A DNA stretch of 64,000 nt from an uncultured Candidatus Saccharibacteria bacterium (GCA_964532285.1 CAZHHB010000004.1:425-64424); one strand, 5' to 3'; shown: positions 33,313 through 43,520, counted from the stretch's first letter. The notes: generated from the letters alone by a model not told the origin. A program made the numbers and translations.

Positions 33313-36300
33313 TTGGACATGACTATTCAAAAGATGGAAGACGAAAATAAGAAAAAAGAAATACAGAAAAGTCAGAGTGCTCTCCGCGAAGAGCGTATTT
33401 TGGCATATTGGAATGAGAAAGATATTTTCAAGAAAACCTTAGAGAAACCTGCGCCTAAGGGAACTTACACATTCTATGATGGACCGCCTTTCGCTACGGG
33501 GACTCCGCATTATGGTCATATTCTAGCCAGTACGATCAAGGACGCTGTACCAAGGTTTTGGACTATGAGGGGTTACAAGATTCCACGCCGTTGGGGTTGG
33601 GATTGCCACGGTTTACCTGTAGAAAATCTCATAGAAAAAGAATTAAATTTGAAGACAAAGAAAGACATAATCAGTTATGGTATAGGAAAGTTCAATGACG
33701 GAGCACGTTCTGCTGTTATGCGTTATGCAGATGAATGGCGCAAGATTATCCCACGCCTCGGTCGTTTCGTAGATATGGATGACGATTATCGCACTATGGA
33801 TGCGAGCTATACCGAAACTGTTTGGTGGACATTCAAACGCCTATACGACAAAGGGTTGATTTATGAGGGGTTCAAGTCTATGAGTCTATGTCCGCGATGT
33901 GAGACTACATTGTCAAACTTTGAGGTTGCTCAGGGTTACAAAGATATAACTGATATTTCGGTTTATGTGAAGTTTAAAATTAAATCTCAAAAATTAAATC
34001 TCAAAAATGAGGCACAGGATTCATTGGGGAATGTTTATTTGATCGCCTGGACGACCACCCCATGGACCTTGCCGGGTAATGTGGCTTTGGCTGTAAATCC
34101 AGATATTGAATATTGCAAAGTGAAGATTACAGAGTCCGCAAGGGGAGACGGTGTTTCATCTGCGGGAGATTTGTTAATCGTCGCCAAGTCTAGATTGGTG
34201 GCTTTGAAAGATATCAAGTACGAGATTGTGGAGACTTTCAAAGGTTCCGACCTTGTGGGCGAATCTTACGAGTCATTATTTGATTATTACTCCAAAGACT
34301 CTGAGTTGAAGAATAGGGAAAATGGTTGGAGGGTGTACGGTGCAGATTTTGTTACGACCGAAGATGGAACTGGTGTGGTGCACATCGCTCCAGCTTTTGG
34401 TGCTGACGATTATGAAATGCTCACGAAACACGATTTGCCTTTTGTTCAACATGTGACGACAGGCGGCCATTTCAAAAAGGAAGTTACTGATTTTGCCGGT
34501 ATAGCGGTAAAGCCTAAGGCTGTTGAGGGAGAAAAGGATGCAAACCAAAAGGCCGATATCGAGATCATCAAATGGCTTGCTCATCGTGGTGGTCTGTTCG
34601 CAAAGGAGAAAATAGTTCATTCATATCCGCACTGTTGGCGCTGTGACACCCCACTTTTGAATTACGCCGCTTCCTCATGGTTTGTAAAAGTGACAGACCT
34701 GAAAGACAAACTGGTAGCTGAAAATAAAAAAGTGAAATGGACGCCGCCTGAGATTGGTGAAGGAAGATTTGGTAATTGGCTGTCGGGTGCGCGCGATTGG
34801 GCAATATCGCGTTCTAGATTCTGGGGAGCACCTATACCTGTCTGGAAAGAAGAGAAGACTGGAGTTTGCCATGTTCTCGGCTCAGTAGGGGATTTGAAAA
34901 AATTCAGTAAAGCCAAGAATACATATTATGTCATGCGTCATGGACAAGCAGACAATAATGTTAAAGGTATTTTGAGTAATGATATTGCTGATCCGTATCA
35001 TCTGACAGATGAAGGTCGGAAACAAGTGGCGGAGACGGCTGATAGATTGAAAGGGGTCAAGTTCGATGAAATATTCGTCTCACCTTTTGTCAGAACTAGA
35101 GAGACAGCTAATATTGTGAAAGAGAAACTTGGCTGGAAAGATGAAGATATGCATGTTGATGAGAGGATTCGTGAACTCGGATCAGGAGTTTTTGCTGGCA
35201 AGAGTGTGGAGGAATTTTCACAAGTTTTCCCATTCAGAGAGAGATTTACAAAATGTCCAGAAGGAGGTGAGACCTATGCCGATATCAAGAAGCGCATGGG
35301 AGATTTCCTCTACGATATGGAGAGTAAGTATTCGGGGAAGACCATCATGATAGTCAGTCATGAGACCTCGTCATACCTGCTTGTTGCGGCGGCTATGGGA
35401 CTGAATAGGGAACAAACACTTGATCTGCGTGGTGACTGTGATTTCATGGCCAATGCTGAATGTAGGAAGATAGAATTCTCACCCCTACCACACAACGCCG
35501 AATATGAATTAGATCTACATCGTCCTTATATTGATGATGTTGATTTGAGGACTCATCATGGAGACAAGTTGATGCGAGTTCAGGATGTCTTTGATTGTTG
35601 GTATGAATCAGGGTCCATGCCTTATGGTGAAGCTCATTATCCATTTGAGAATACTGAACAATTTGAACCGGCTTCTGGTCTATTTAAAAAATCTGTAGGT
35701 TTCCCAGCCGACTTCATTGCTGAAGGAGTAGATCAGACACGCGGGTGGTTCTATTCAATGATGGTTTTGGGTGTTGCTCTATTCGGCAAATCTCCATACA
35801 AGAGAGTTGTCGTCAACGGATTGGTCTTGGCTGAAGATGGTCAGAAGATGTCGAAATCAAAGAATAATTTCCCAGATCCGATCTTGATCTTTGATAAATA
35901 CGGCGTTGATGCACTCAGATATTATCTACTTTCATCACCACTTCTGAAGGCAGAAGATCTGAATTTCTCTGAGAAGGATGTAGATCTAATAAATAAAAAG
36001 ATCGTTATGCGCTTAGACAATGTCGTATCATTTTATAAATTATATGAGACTTCTCAAAAATCCGAGCCAAAGTCTCAGGTTTCTACAAATGTTCTGGATA
36101 TTTGGATCACAACAAGGTTGGATGAACTTGCAAGCGAAATAACCAAAGCGATGGAAAAATATGAGCTTGATAAGGCGACAAGGCCTATCGCTGATTTTGT
36201 GGATGATCTATCTACCTGGTACTTACGTCGTTCACGAGACAGGTTCAAAGGAGATGATTTGTCGGACAAGGAAAGTGCTTTGAATACCACCAGATATGTC

Positions 36301-36870
36301 CTGTTGGAAACAGCCAAGCTGATCGCTCCATTCATGCCTTTCTTGGCAGAAGATATATATAAGCAAGTGGGAGGGGCGAAGGAAAGTGTGCATTTGGAAG
36401 ATTGGCCAACGACGGAGAAAGTTGATGCCAATATTCTTGATGAAATGAGAGCTGTTCGAGCCATTGCTTCATCTGGTTTGGAGGCGCGCACCGTCGCCAA
36501 GATCAATATTCGTCAACCTCTAGCAACCATGGAGGTCAAGAGTAATAGGAAATTGGGAGAACAACTTGTAGAGCTTTTGAAAGATGAGGTCAATGTAAAG
36601 AGGGTGGTATTCGGTGCGGATATTGATAAAGAAGCGACCTTGGATATGAATATTACTCCGGAACTCAAAGAAGAAGGTCAGGTGCGTGAATTGTTACGCA
36701 CCATTCAAGATCTTCGCAAGGAGAAGGGGCTTAAGGTGGGGGATAAAGCGACACTTACTGTTACAGATGATATGAAAGATTTAGTTTCGCGCCATGAAAA
36801 AGAAATAATGAAGGCGACGGGATTGGAGCAGATAGAATATGGCGACAAAATGGAGATCGCGACGCCGTGA
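33313..36870 (+). CDS. ileS: Isoleucyl-tRNA synthetase (type 2) with an inserted histidine-phosphatase (PGAM-like) domain
   Basis: 'PHYGHILAS', 'WDCHGLPVE', 'WAISRSRFWGAPIP' and 'KMSKSKNN' are all present. Between 'PIPVWKEE' and 'DVFDCWYESGS' there are about 250 aa, versus about 60 in typical IleRS. The extra segment carries 'VMRHGQADN', 'VSPFVRTRETA' and 'IVSHETS'. Confidence 0.85.
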   Translation: MDMTIQKMEDENKKKEIQKSQSALREERILAYWNEKDIFKKTLEKPAPKGTYTFYDGPPFATGTPHYGHILASTIKDAVPRFWTMRGYKIPRRWGWDCHGLPVENLIEKELNLKTKKDIISYGIGKFNDGARSAVMRYADEWRKIIPRLGRFVDMDDDYRTMDASYTETVWWTFKRLYDKGLIYEGFKSMSLCPRCETTLSNFEVAQGYKDITDISVYVKFKIKSQKLNLKNEAQDSLGNVYLIAWTTTPWTLPGNVALAVNPDIEYCKVKITESARGDGVSSAGDLLIVAKSRLVALKDIKYEIVETFKGSDLVGESYESLFDYYSKDSELKNRENGWRVYGADFVTTEDGTGVVHIAPAFGADDYEMLTKHDLPFVQHVTTGGHFKKEVTDFAGIAVKPKAVEGEKDANQKADIEIIKWLAHRGGLFAKEKIVHSYPHCWRCDTPLLNYAASSWFVKVTDLKDKLVAENKKVKWTPPEIGEGRFGNWLSGARDWAISRSRFWGAPIPVWKEEKTGVCHVLGSVGDLKKFSKAKNTYYVMRHGQADNNVKGILSNDIADPYHLTDEGRKQVAETADRLKGVKFDEIFVSPFVRTRETANIVKEKLGWKDEDMHVDERIRELGSGVFAGKSVEEFSQVFPFRERFTKCPEGGETYADIKKRMGDFLYDMESKYSGKTIMIVSHETSSYLLVAAAMGLNREQTLDLRGDCDFMANAECRKIEFSPLPHNAEYELDLHRPYIDDVDLRTHHGDKLMRVQDVFDCWYESGSMPYGEAHYPFENTEQFEPASGLFKKSVGFPADFIAEGVDQTRGWFYSMMVLGVALFGKSPYKRVVVNGLVLAEDGQKMSKSKNNFPDPILIFDKYGVDALRYYLLSSPLLKAEDLNFSEKDVDLINKKIVMRLDNVVSFYKLYETSQKSEPKSQVSTNVLDIWITTRLDELASEITKAMEKYELDKATRPIADFVDDLSTWYLRRSRDRFKGDDLSDKESALNTTRYVLLETAKLIAPFMPFLAEDIYKQVGGAKESVHLEDWPTTEKVDANILDEMRAVRAIASSGLEARTVAKINIRQPLATMEVKSNRKLGEQLVELLKDEVNVKRVVFGADIDKEATLDMNITPELKEEGQVRELLRTIQDLRKEKGLKVGDKATLTVTDDMKDLVSRHEKEIMKATGLEQIEYGDKMEIATP

Positions 36871-36871
36871 A

Positions 36872-37007
36872 TCAGGTGAATATTGTTTCGAGCGCAGCTG
36901 CGTGTTAGTCTTCCGAGTCATTGGCTGGCGAGCCATAGTCTGCCTCAGAGAAGCATAGACTGACGCACCCATCGCATACTCGCAGTCGCTCGAAACAATA
37001 TTCACCT
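36872..37007. repeat. Long inverted repeat (24-bp perfect arms around an ~88-nt loop) between ileS and recO, followed by two 19-bp direct repeats
   Basis: ATCAGGTGAATATTGTTTCGAGCG at 36872-36895 pairs with CGCTCGAAACAATATTCACCTGAT at 36984-37007. GATTCACGGCAACTCACAG occurs at 37005-37023 and again at 37060-37078. Confidence 0.8.
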
Positions 37008-37093
37008 GATTCACGGCAACTCACAGACAGCATTAATCATGCAGCTGCGCCCAAAGTAGTACCTGTCAGATTCACGGCAACTCACAGCAACCC

Positions 37094-37693
37094 ATGTATA
37101 ACATCAATACCACACAAGGATTCATCATCGGTTCGCGACCATATGGGGAAGCGAATAGAATTCTCTCAATATTTACTCGTGATTTTGGTTTGGTTTCGGT
37201 TATTGCTTCGGGTATTCGTCTAGAGAAATCAAAACTGCGTTATCACACAGTGGAATATTCGTTGGGGGAGTTTTCCATGGTCAAAGGAAAAGAGTTTTGG
37301 CGGTTGACGAGTTCGTTTGGAAATAGGATGTCAAAATCGGTGAAGGTTGGAAAGACTGGTCTTGAATTAGTTGCGCGCATAGCTCTACTTTTGAAGAGAT
37401 TACTACACGGCGAGGAAGAACATGTTGAATTATTTGGGATCCTAGAGTCTTGTATTTTATTCCTCGAACAAGATGAACAAGTCTATCAAATCACCGACGA
37501 GCAGATGAAAACTCTTGAGTCAGTAACTATTCTGAGGATTCTGCACGTCCTCGGTTATATTGGTGATAATATTGGATTTGAGGAATGTTTGAAGTCGCGA
37601 GAGATTACAATTGGGCTGCTGGACAACTTCAAAGATAAACGAACACTGATCAATCAGCATATCAATAAGGCTTTGAGAGAGTCGCATTTGTGA
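37094..37693 (+). CDS. recO: DNA repair protein RecO (short form)
   Basis: N-terminal OB fold 'GFIIGSRPYGEANRILSIFTRDFGLVSVIASGIRLEKSKLRY'. Confidence 0.6.
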   Translation: MYNINTTQGFIIGSRPYGEANRILSIFTRDFGLVSVIASGIRLEKSKLRYHTVEYSLGEFSMVKGKEFWRLTSSFGNRMSKSVKVGKTGLELVARIALLLKRLLHGEEEHVELFGILESCILFLEQDEQVYQITDEQMKTLESVTILRILHVLGYIGDNIGFEECLKSREITIGLLDNFKDKRTLINQHINKALRESHL

Positions 37694-37715
37694 TTTTTAT
37701 TGTATAATATACCCT

Positions 37716-39674
37716 GTGCCCAATCCTGAAGATAAAAGTTACATTGAAGAACTCAAAAAGTCTCTTTATTCTAGAACAGCTCCCGATGTGCGTACCAGAC
37801 GCAAGTTGAGATTTAGTGATACGAACAAGAGCGTGCCGACCAATTGGGATAAGCAGACTTCAGAAGCGGGGCATAGCGGCGATAGTGTGGGGCCACCCCT
37901 TAAACTCAATCAAAATTACGAAAATCATCGCATGTCATTCTTTACAAAACTTCTAATATATTCAGGTACCTTCTGTTTGATCGCTGTAGGCGTCGGCGGT
38001 TATTTGTTCCTGAATGGAGCCAATCTTATATCTGCCAACAATATTTCCATAGATATAAATGGTCCAGTCTCCATCGCTGGTGGAGAGCCGGTTTCTTTCG
38101 ATATACGAGTCAGCAATCAAAACAATATTGATTTGCGTATCGTGGATCTATCTATTGATTTCCCCGCAGGCGCCACAGATCCAAATGATCCAACCAAAGA
38201 GTTGAGAAATTTTCGAGAATTCCTCGGGGACATACCAGCTGGTGAATCAAAGACCAAGACAGTATCCGCGATCATCTTTGGAGAAGAAAATCTTCAGAAG
38301 CAAATATTTGTGACGGTGACTTATTCCATAAAGGGTTCTTCTTCCGTTTTTTCCAAAACACAGACACATGAAGTTCTCATCAATTCCTCACCGATAAACA
38401 TGACCATTTCTTCCTTCAAAGAAATAACATCTGGGCAAGAATTCGATACTGAGGTGAGGTTGAAGTCTAACTCCAAAGAAACCTTGAAAAATGTTATACT
38501 GAAAGTCGCATATCCATTTGGCTATATTCTTTCCTCATCCAATCCGGTGTCACTTTCAGACAAGACTACCTGGAAAGTTGGAGACATTCCACCCGGTGCA
38601 GAACGCAGGGTGATTATTCACGGCAAGATTACTGGTGAAGACAATGATACTAGAGTTTTTCACTTCACGGTTGGAGCGCAAAGCTCGTCAGATTCCAGTG
38701 TTATTGGCACTCAGTATATGACGACAGAGCAAGATATTGTTATTCAGAAGCCGTTCATATCATTAAAGGTGGCTGTGGATAATGATAGTTCGCCCGATGA
38801 TTTCATCGCACAAGCCGGACAATCAAGAAGGGTAGAGATAGCATGGTTCAATAATCTTCCCACAACAGTTTCCAATGTAACCGTTACCGCCAAGTTATCT
38901 GGATCTGCTTATGATAAGACTTTAGTCAGTCCAGACCAAGGATATTTCGATTCATCAAAGGATGAGATTGTCTGGAGCAGGCAGACCAATAGTGAATTGG
39001 GTTCTGTTTCTGCTGGAGATACCGGTACGGTGTCATTTACCATTACTCCAAAAGATGTTTCTGTGGGTAATACTATCAGCAATCCTTCTCTGGCCATCAC
39101 AGCCAGTGTTTCTGGTAGCCGTACGCAAGAGACAAATGTTCCTCAAACTATCGCTGCAGTTGTCACAAAGAATATAAAAATCTCTTCCAATATTTCACTT
39201 TCAGGTAGAGTTGTGCGTACGACAGGACCTTTTGTAAATAGCGGCTTCGTTCCACCGAAGATTGACCAGCCTACGACTTATACAGTTATATGGAATGTAG
39301 ATAATGCCTCAAACATTGTTAATAATTCTCAGGTTACAGCAACACTGCCACCTTATGTTGAATGGCTTTCTATGACCAGTCCAGCAAATGAGAATATTTC
39401 TTTTGATAAAGATAGTGGGAAGATCACCTGGAATGTTGGAAGTGTCGGTATTTACACATTGAGTTCTTCAAGGAGGAGGGAAGTGATGTTCCAGGTCTCA
39501 TTCAAACCAAATGTGAATCAAGTCGGGCAGTCGCCTGTGATTGTCAATTCAGCGGTTTTGACTGCCACGGACAATTTCACTGGTGCTAGCTTGCAAGATG
39601 GACAGGATAGTCTGACGACGAGGTTTAGTACTGATCCCAGCTATAAAAGTGGTGATGAGGTTGTGGGGAAGTAA
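37716..39674 (+). CDS. Hypothetical membrane-anchored protein with multiple beta-sandwich (DUF11/CARDB-like) repeats
   Basis: A single TM 'LLIYSGTFCLIAVGVGGYLFL' followed by repeated Ig-like segments. No catalytic motifs. Confidence 0.5.
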   Translation: MPNPEDKSYIEELKKSLYSRTAPDVRTRRKLRFSDTNKSVPTNWDKQTSEAGHSGDSVGPPLKLNQNYENHRMSFFTKLLIYSGTFCLIAVGVGGYLFLNGANLISANNISIDINGPVSIAGGEPVSFDIRVSNQNNIDLRIVDLSIDFPAGATDPNDPTKELRNFREFLGDIPAGESKTKTVSAIIFGEENLQKQIFVTVTYSIKGSSSVFSKTQTHEVLINSSPINMTISSFKEITSGQEFDTEVRLKSNSKETLKNVILKVAYPFGYILSSSNPVSLSDKTTWKVGDIPPGAERRVIIHGKITGEDNDTRVFHFTVGAQSSSDSSVIGTQYMTTEQDIVIQKPFISLKVAVDNDSSPDDFIAQAGQSRRVEIAWFNNLPTTVSNVTVTAKLSGSAYDKTLVSPDQGYFDSSKDEIVWSRQTNSELGSVSAGDTGTVSFTITPKDVSVGNTISNPSLAITASVSGSRTQETNVPQTIAAVVTKNIKISSNISLSGRVVRTTGPFVNSGFVPPKIDQPTTYTVIWNVDNASNIVNNSQVTATLPPYVEWLSMTSPANENISFDKDSGKITWNVGSVGIYTLSSSRRREVMFQVSFKPNVNQVGQSPVIVNSAVLTATDNFTGASLQDGQDSLTTRFSTDPSYKSGDEVVGK

Positions 39675-39695
39675 TAAAATGCTATTATTACCTCT

Positions 39696-41024
39696 ATGGT
39701 AAAAAAAGAGGACAATAATGTGATGGAAGCGATCATATCGCTGGCGAAGAGGCGTGGTTTTATCTTTCAAGGCTCTGAAATATACGGCGGATTGGCTGGA
39801 ACATGGGATTATGGTCCTCTCGGCGTAGCTCTCAAGAACAATGTCCGTAAGATATGGTGGAAGCGTTTCGTAGACGATCGAGATGACATGTTTGGTGTGG
39901 ACGCGGCCATATTGATGAATCAAAACACCTGGAAAGCCTCCGGTCATGTTTCCGGTTTTGCCGATCCTCTGGTTGAGTGTAAGAAATGTAAACACCGTTT
40001 CCGTGCTGATCAAATAGAAAAAACTGATGGGAGATTGGTCTGTCCAGATTGTGAGGGCGGGCTCGGTGAAGCCAGACAATTCAATATGATGTTCAAGACC
40101 AATGTTGGAGCCGTTGAAGATGACTCATCGATATCATATCTACGTCCGGAAACAGCTCAGGGTATGTTTGTAAATTTCAAAAACATCCTTGATTCACTGC
40201 ATCCAACTCTGCCTTTTGGCATGGCTCAGATAGGTAAGGCTTTTAGGAATGAGATTGCTCCCAGAGATTTTCTCTTCCGTGCCCGTGAATTTGAGCAGAT
40301 GGAGATAGAATATTTCGTCAACCCAAAAGATTGGGAAAAAACATTTGAGCATTTCCAGGGGGAGGTAAAAGCTTTCATCAAAGATGTAGGTTTGACTGCA
40401 AGCAAGGTTCACGAATTGGAAGTTCCTGACGGCGAACGGGCGCATTACTCCAAGCGCACCATAGATTTTGAGTTTGATTTTCCTTTCGGTAAAAAAGAGC
40501 TCTACGGTTTGGCATATCGTACAGATTTTGATTTGAAACAACATTCTGAATTTAGTAAAGTGGACTTGTCATATTACGATGAAGAAAACAAAGAGAGATT
40601 CATCCCGCATTGTATAGAGCCATCATTTGGTTTGGATAGGACAGTTTTGGCAATACTCACGGATGCTTATAGAGAAGACGAGATTGGTGGAGACAAGAGA
40701 ACTTATTTAAAACTGTCACCATCAGTTGCCCCTTACAAAGTCGCGGTCTTTCCACTTCTCAGAAACAAGCCGGAACTTGTAAAAAAAGCCGAAGAAATAT
40801 TCAAGCTAATAAAAAAAGAAATCCCAGCAACAACTTTTGATGATAATGGAAATATTGGCAAGCGTTACCGCAGACAAGATGAGATCGGTACGCCAATGTG
40901 TGTAACTGTTGATTTTGAGACTATTGAAAAAGGTGAAGGGGTGACAGTGAGAGACAGGGACAGCGGTAAACAAGAAAGGGTTGCCGAAAAGGATTTGATT
41001 GCGTATATTCAGAGTAAGATCTAG
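39696..41024 (+). CDS. glyQS: Glycyl-tRNA synthetase, alpha2 (archaeal/eukaryote-like) type
   Basis: 'RRGFIFQGSEIYGGLAGTWDYGPLGVALKNNVRKIW' and 'FRNEIAPRDFLFRAREFEQMEIEYF' are class II motifs. Confidence 0.85.
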   Translation: MVKKEDNNVMEAIISLAKRRGFIFQGSEIYGGLAGTWDYGPLGVALKNNVRKIWWKRFVDDRDDMFGVDAAILMNQNTWKASGHVSGFADPLVECKKCKHRFRADQIEKTDGRLVCPDCEGGLGEARQFNMMFKTNVGAVEDDSSISYLRPETAQGMFVNFKNILDSLHPTLPFGMAQIGKAFRNEIAPRDFLFRAREFEQMEIEYFVNPKDWEKTFEHFQGEVKAFIKDVGLTASKVHELEVPDGERAHYSKRTIDFEFDFPFGKKELYGLAYRTDFDLKQHSEFSKVDLSYYDEENKERFIPHCIEPSFGLDRTVLAILTDAYREDEIGGDKRTYLKLSPSVAPYKVAVFPLLRNKPELVKKAEEIFKLIKKEIPATTFDDNGNIGKRYRRQDEIGTPMCVTVDFETIEKGEGVTVRDRDSGKQERVAEKDLIAYIQSKI

Positions 41025-41039
41025 TAATACATTTACATT

Positions 41040-42308
41040 ATGAAATTCAATAAAAAAGTCTTGAAAAATGGCTTGCGTGTGATAACCGTACCAATGACCG
41101 ACAATCCATCAGTCACAGTTTTGGTAATGGTAGAAGCTGGGTCAAAATATGAGACAAAAAGAGAGACCGGCTTGTCTCATTTCCTGGAGCATATGGTTTT
41201 CAAGGGTACAACCAAGAGACCGAAAGCCATAGATATTTCCAGAGAGTTAGACGGCATCGGTGCTCATTACAATGCATTTACAGCCCAAGAATTCACTGGT
41301 TACTACGCCAAAGCAGACGCTAGGCATACCGACGCTATCCTAGATGTTGTTTCTGATATGTATTTAAACCCATTATTCGATGCCAAAGAGATGGAAAAAG
41401 AGAAGGGAGTTATCGTAGAAGAAATCCGCATGTATCAGGATTTGCCACAGCGCCATGTCCAAGATCTATTCATGGAACTTGTCTATGGTGATCAGCCTGT
41501 AGGTTGGAATATTGCTGGAACTGAAGATTCCGTCAAATCTTTCACTAGAGATGAACTTGTTTCATATAGGAAAGCCCATTATGTAAGCGGTGCCACTACA
41601 GTTGTCGTGGCAGGTTCATTCAATGAATCTGACATGATAAAGAAGATCGAAAAGGCTTTCGATTCTGTTTCAACAGAAAATATGAAAGACAAACTGAAAG
41701 TTATTGAGTCACAAGATGCTCCACAGATAAAGATTTCATTCAAAGAAACAGATCAGACACATCTCGTCATCGGGGTTAGGACATTCCCAATAAAAGACAA
41801 GAAAATGCCTGTTATGGAAGTTTTATCTACAATACTTGGTCGTGGTATGAGTTCTAGACTTTTTTCCAAAATGCGAGATCAATTGGGTATTTGTTATTAT
41901 GTAAAAGCCAGTCATGACACTTTTACCGATCATGGAGTCTTGACCATCTCTGCTGGAGTTGATAATACGCGTGTAGAGGAAGCAGTGAAGGGAATTATGG
42001 GAGAATGTGAGAGATTGAAGACAAAATTAGTTTCTCCTGCTGAATTGAAAAAAGCCAAAGATTATGTTGCGGGCACGACAATGTTGGAATTGGAAACTTC
42101 AGATGCGAGGGCCGAATTCGCCGGCTTCCAAGAAATCTTGAAGAAAGAGATTGATTTGCCAGAAGATATTATCGAGAAGATCAATAAAGTCACAGCCAAA
42201 GAAGTACAGGATTTGGCCGAGGATATTTTCGTAAACAATAGTCTGAATATGGCTCTAATAGGGAGGATTAAGGACGATTCAATACTGAAGCCCTATTTCA
42301 AATTCTAA
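41040..42308 (+). CDS. M16-family zinc peptidase (insulinase-like)
   Basis: Inverted zinc motif 'HFLEHMVFKGT'. Confidence 0.8.
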   Translation: MKFNKKVLKNGLRVITVPMTDNPSVTVLVMVEAGSKYETKRETGLSHFLEHMVFKGTTKRPKAIDISRELDGIGAHYNAFTAQEFTGYYAKADARHTDAILDVVSDMYLNPLFDAKEMEKEKGVIVEEIRMYQDLPQRHVQDLFMELVYGDQPVGWNIAGTEDSVKSFTRDELVSYRKAHYVSGATTVVVAGSFNESDMIKKIEKAFDSVSTENMKDKLKVIESQDAPQIKISFKETDQTHLVIGVRTFPIKDKKMPVMEVLSTILGRGMSSRLFSKMRDQLGICYYVKASHDTFTDHGVLTISAGVDNTRVEEAVKGIMGECERLKTKLVSPAELKKAKDYVAGTTMLELETSDARAEFAGFQEILKKEIDLPEDIIEKINKVTAKEVQDLAEDIFVNNSLNMALIGRIKDDSILKPYFKF

Positions 42309-42368
42309 TCATGCCGTAGGTACGAAGTACTGTAGGCACTGAGCGTAGCGAAGTGCTACAATAATCCT

Positions 42369-43475
42369 ATGTCAGGATTTGACCGTGATATCCGCATAAG
42401 TTTAAACACAGGTACGATACTGCGCTTCTTTCTTATTGGGATTCTAATTTTTGCGATCTATTACATGTTTGATGTCGTCGTCGTTATTGCCACTGCAATC
42501 ATTATCGCTTCGGCAATAGAGCCGGTGGTCAGGCGCATGAAGAGATTGGGTGTCCATCGTGTCATAAGTGTCATCATTATATATTTTATAGGTGCTACAG
42601 TACTGGCTGGTTTGGTGGTGTTTTTCTTGCCACTTGTTGTGAAGGATGCAGTAGCGTTTCTGAGCAATTTACCACAAACTATATCTTTAGAAGAGATCTG
42701 GGGACCGATTCGAGATGCCGGATTGAATCTGGGAACTGGTTCCGGAGCAGTGCTTGGAGAACATACGGTTTCTGTGTCTGAATTTGTAAACGGTTTGAAA
42801 TCACTCATCGTAGATACTAGCGCTGGAGCATTCAACACCGCAAGTATAGTCTTTGGTGGAGTCCTGTCTTTTATTCTCATGGTAGTCTTGTCATTCTATC
42901 TGGCTGTCCAAGAAGATGGTGTGGATGATTTCTTGCGCATCGTCGCTCCCGTCAAACACCATGATTACATCATAAATCTTTGGAAGCGTTCACAGAGAAA
43001 GATAGCCTTATGGCTACAAGGGCAGATTATTCTAGGTCTAGTGGTTGGTTTGCTAGTTTACCTAGTTTTGAAAGTTGTTGGCATTCCACATCCTCTGGTC
43101 TTGGCCGTATTTGCTGGATTCTTTGAAATAATCCCAATTTTCGGTCCGATAATTTCCGCAATACCGGCGGTACTTATCGGTTTTGTAGATTTCGGTATAG
43201 GCACAGGAGTACTCTTGATATTCCTATATGTAATTATACAACAGCTGGAAAATCAGGTTTTGTATCCATTGGTGGTAAAGAAAGTTGTGGGTATATCTCC
43301 GATTATTGTCATCCTGGGATTAGTCATCGGTGCCAAACTAGCCGGTTTTCTGGGTGCCATTATCGTAGTACCGCTCCTAGCAGCTTTCATGGAGTATATT
43401 CACGATATTGAGAAATACAAGAAGGCTGAAATTGCAGAGAGGGAAACTGTGGGGAAAGGGTTTGATTTTAAGTAA
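42369..43475 (+). CDS. AI-2E family transporter (PerM/UPF0118)
   Basis: 8-TM topology with 'LRFFLIGILIFAIYYMF...' and the conserved C-terminal region. Confidence 0.7.
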   Translation: MSGFDRDIRISLNTGTILRFFLIGILIFAIYYMFDVVVVIATAIIIASAIEPVVRRMKRLGVHRVISVIIIYFIGATVLAGLVVFFLPLVVKDAVAFLSNLPQTISLEEIWGPIRDAGLNLGTGSGAVLGEHTVSVSEFVNGLKSLIVDTSAGAFNTASIVFGGVLSFILMVVLSFYLAVQEDGVDDFLRIVAPVKHHDYIINLWKRSQRKIALWLQGQIILGLVVGLLVYLVLKVVGIPHPLVLAVFAGFFEIIPIFGPIISAIPAVLIGFVDFGIGTGVLLIFLYVIIQQLENQVLYPLVVKKVVGISPIIVILGLVIGAKLAGFLGAIIVVPLLAAFMEYIHDIEKYKKAEIAERETVGKGFDFK

Positions 43476-43482
43476 AGTTTGC

Positions 43483-43520
43483 CCAAGATCCGATCTCGGT
43501 ATACCAAGATCGGATCTTGG
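43483..43520. repeat. Twin-palindrome intergenic repeat, copy 2
   Basis: CCAAGATCCGATCTCGG-TATA-CCAAGATCGGATCTTGG, 8 nt after the stop of the upstream gene. Confidence 0.85.

Noticed and set aside
34900-35570. Intein in ileS
   Set aside because: The insert lacks intein blocks A/B/F/G (no N-terminal Cys/Ser and C-terminal His-Asn plus Cys/Ser/Thr junctions) and has no homing-endonuclease motifs. It carries a complete histidine-phosphatase signature instead.
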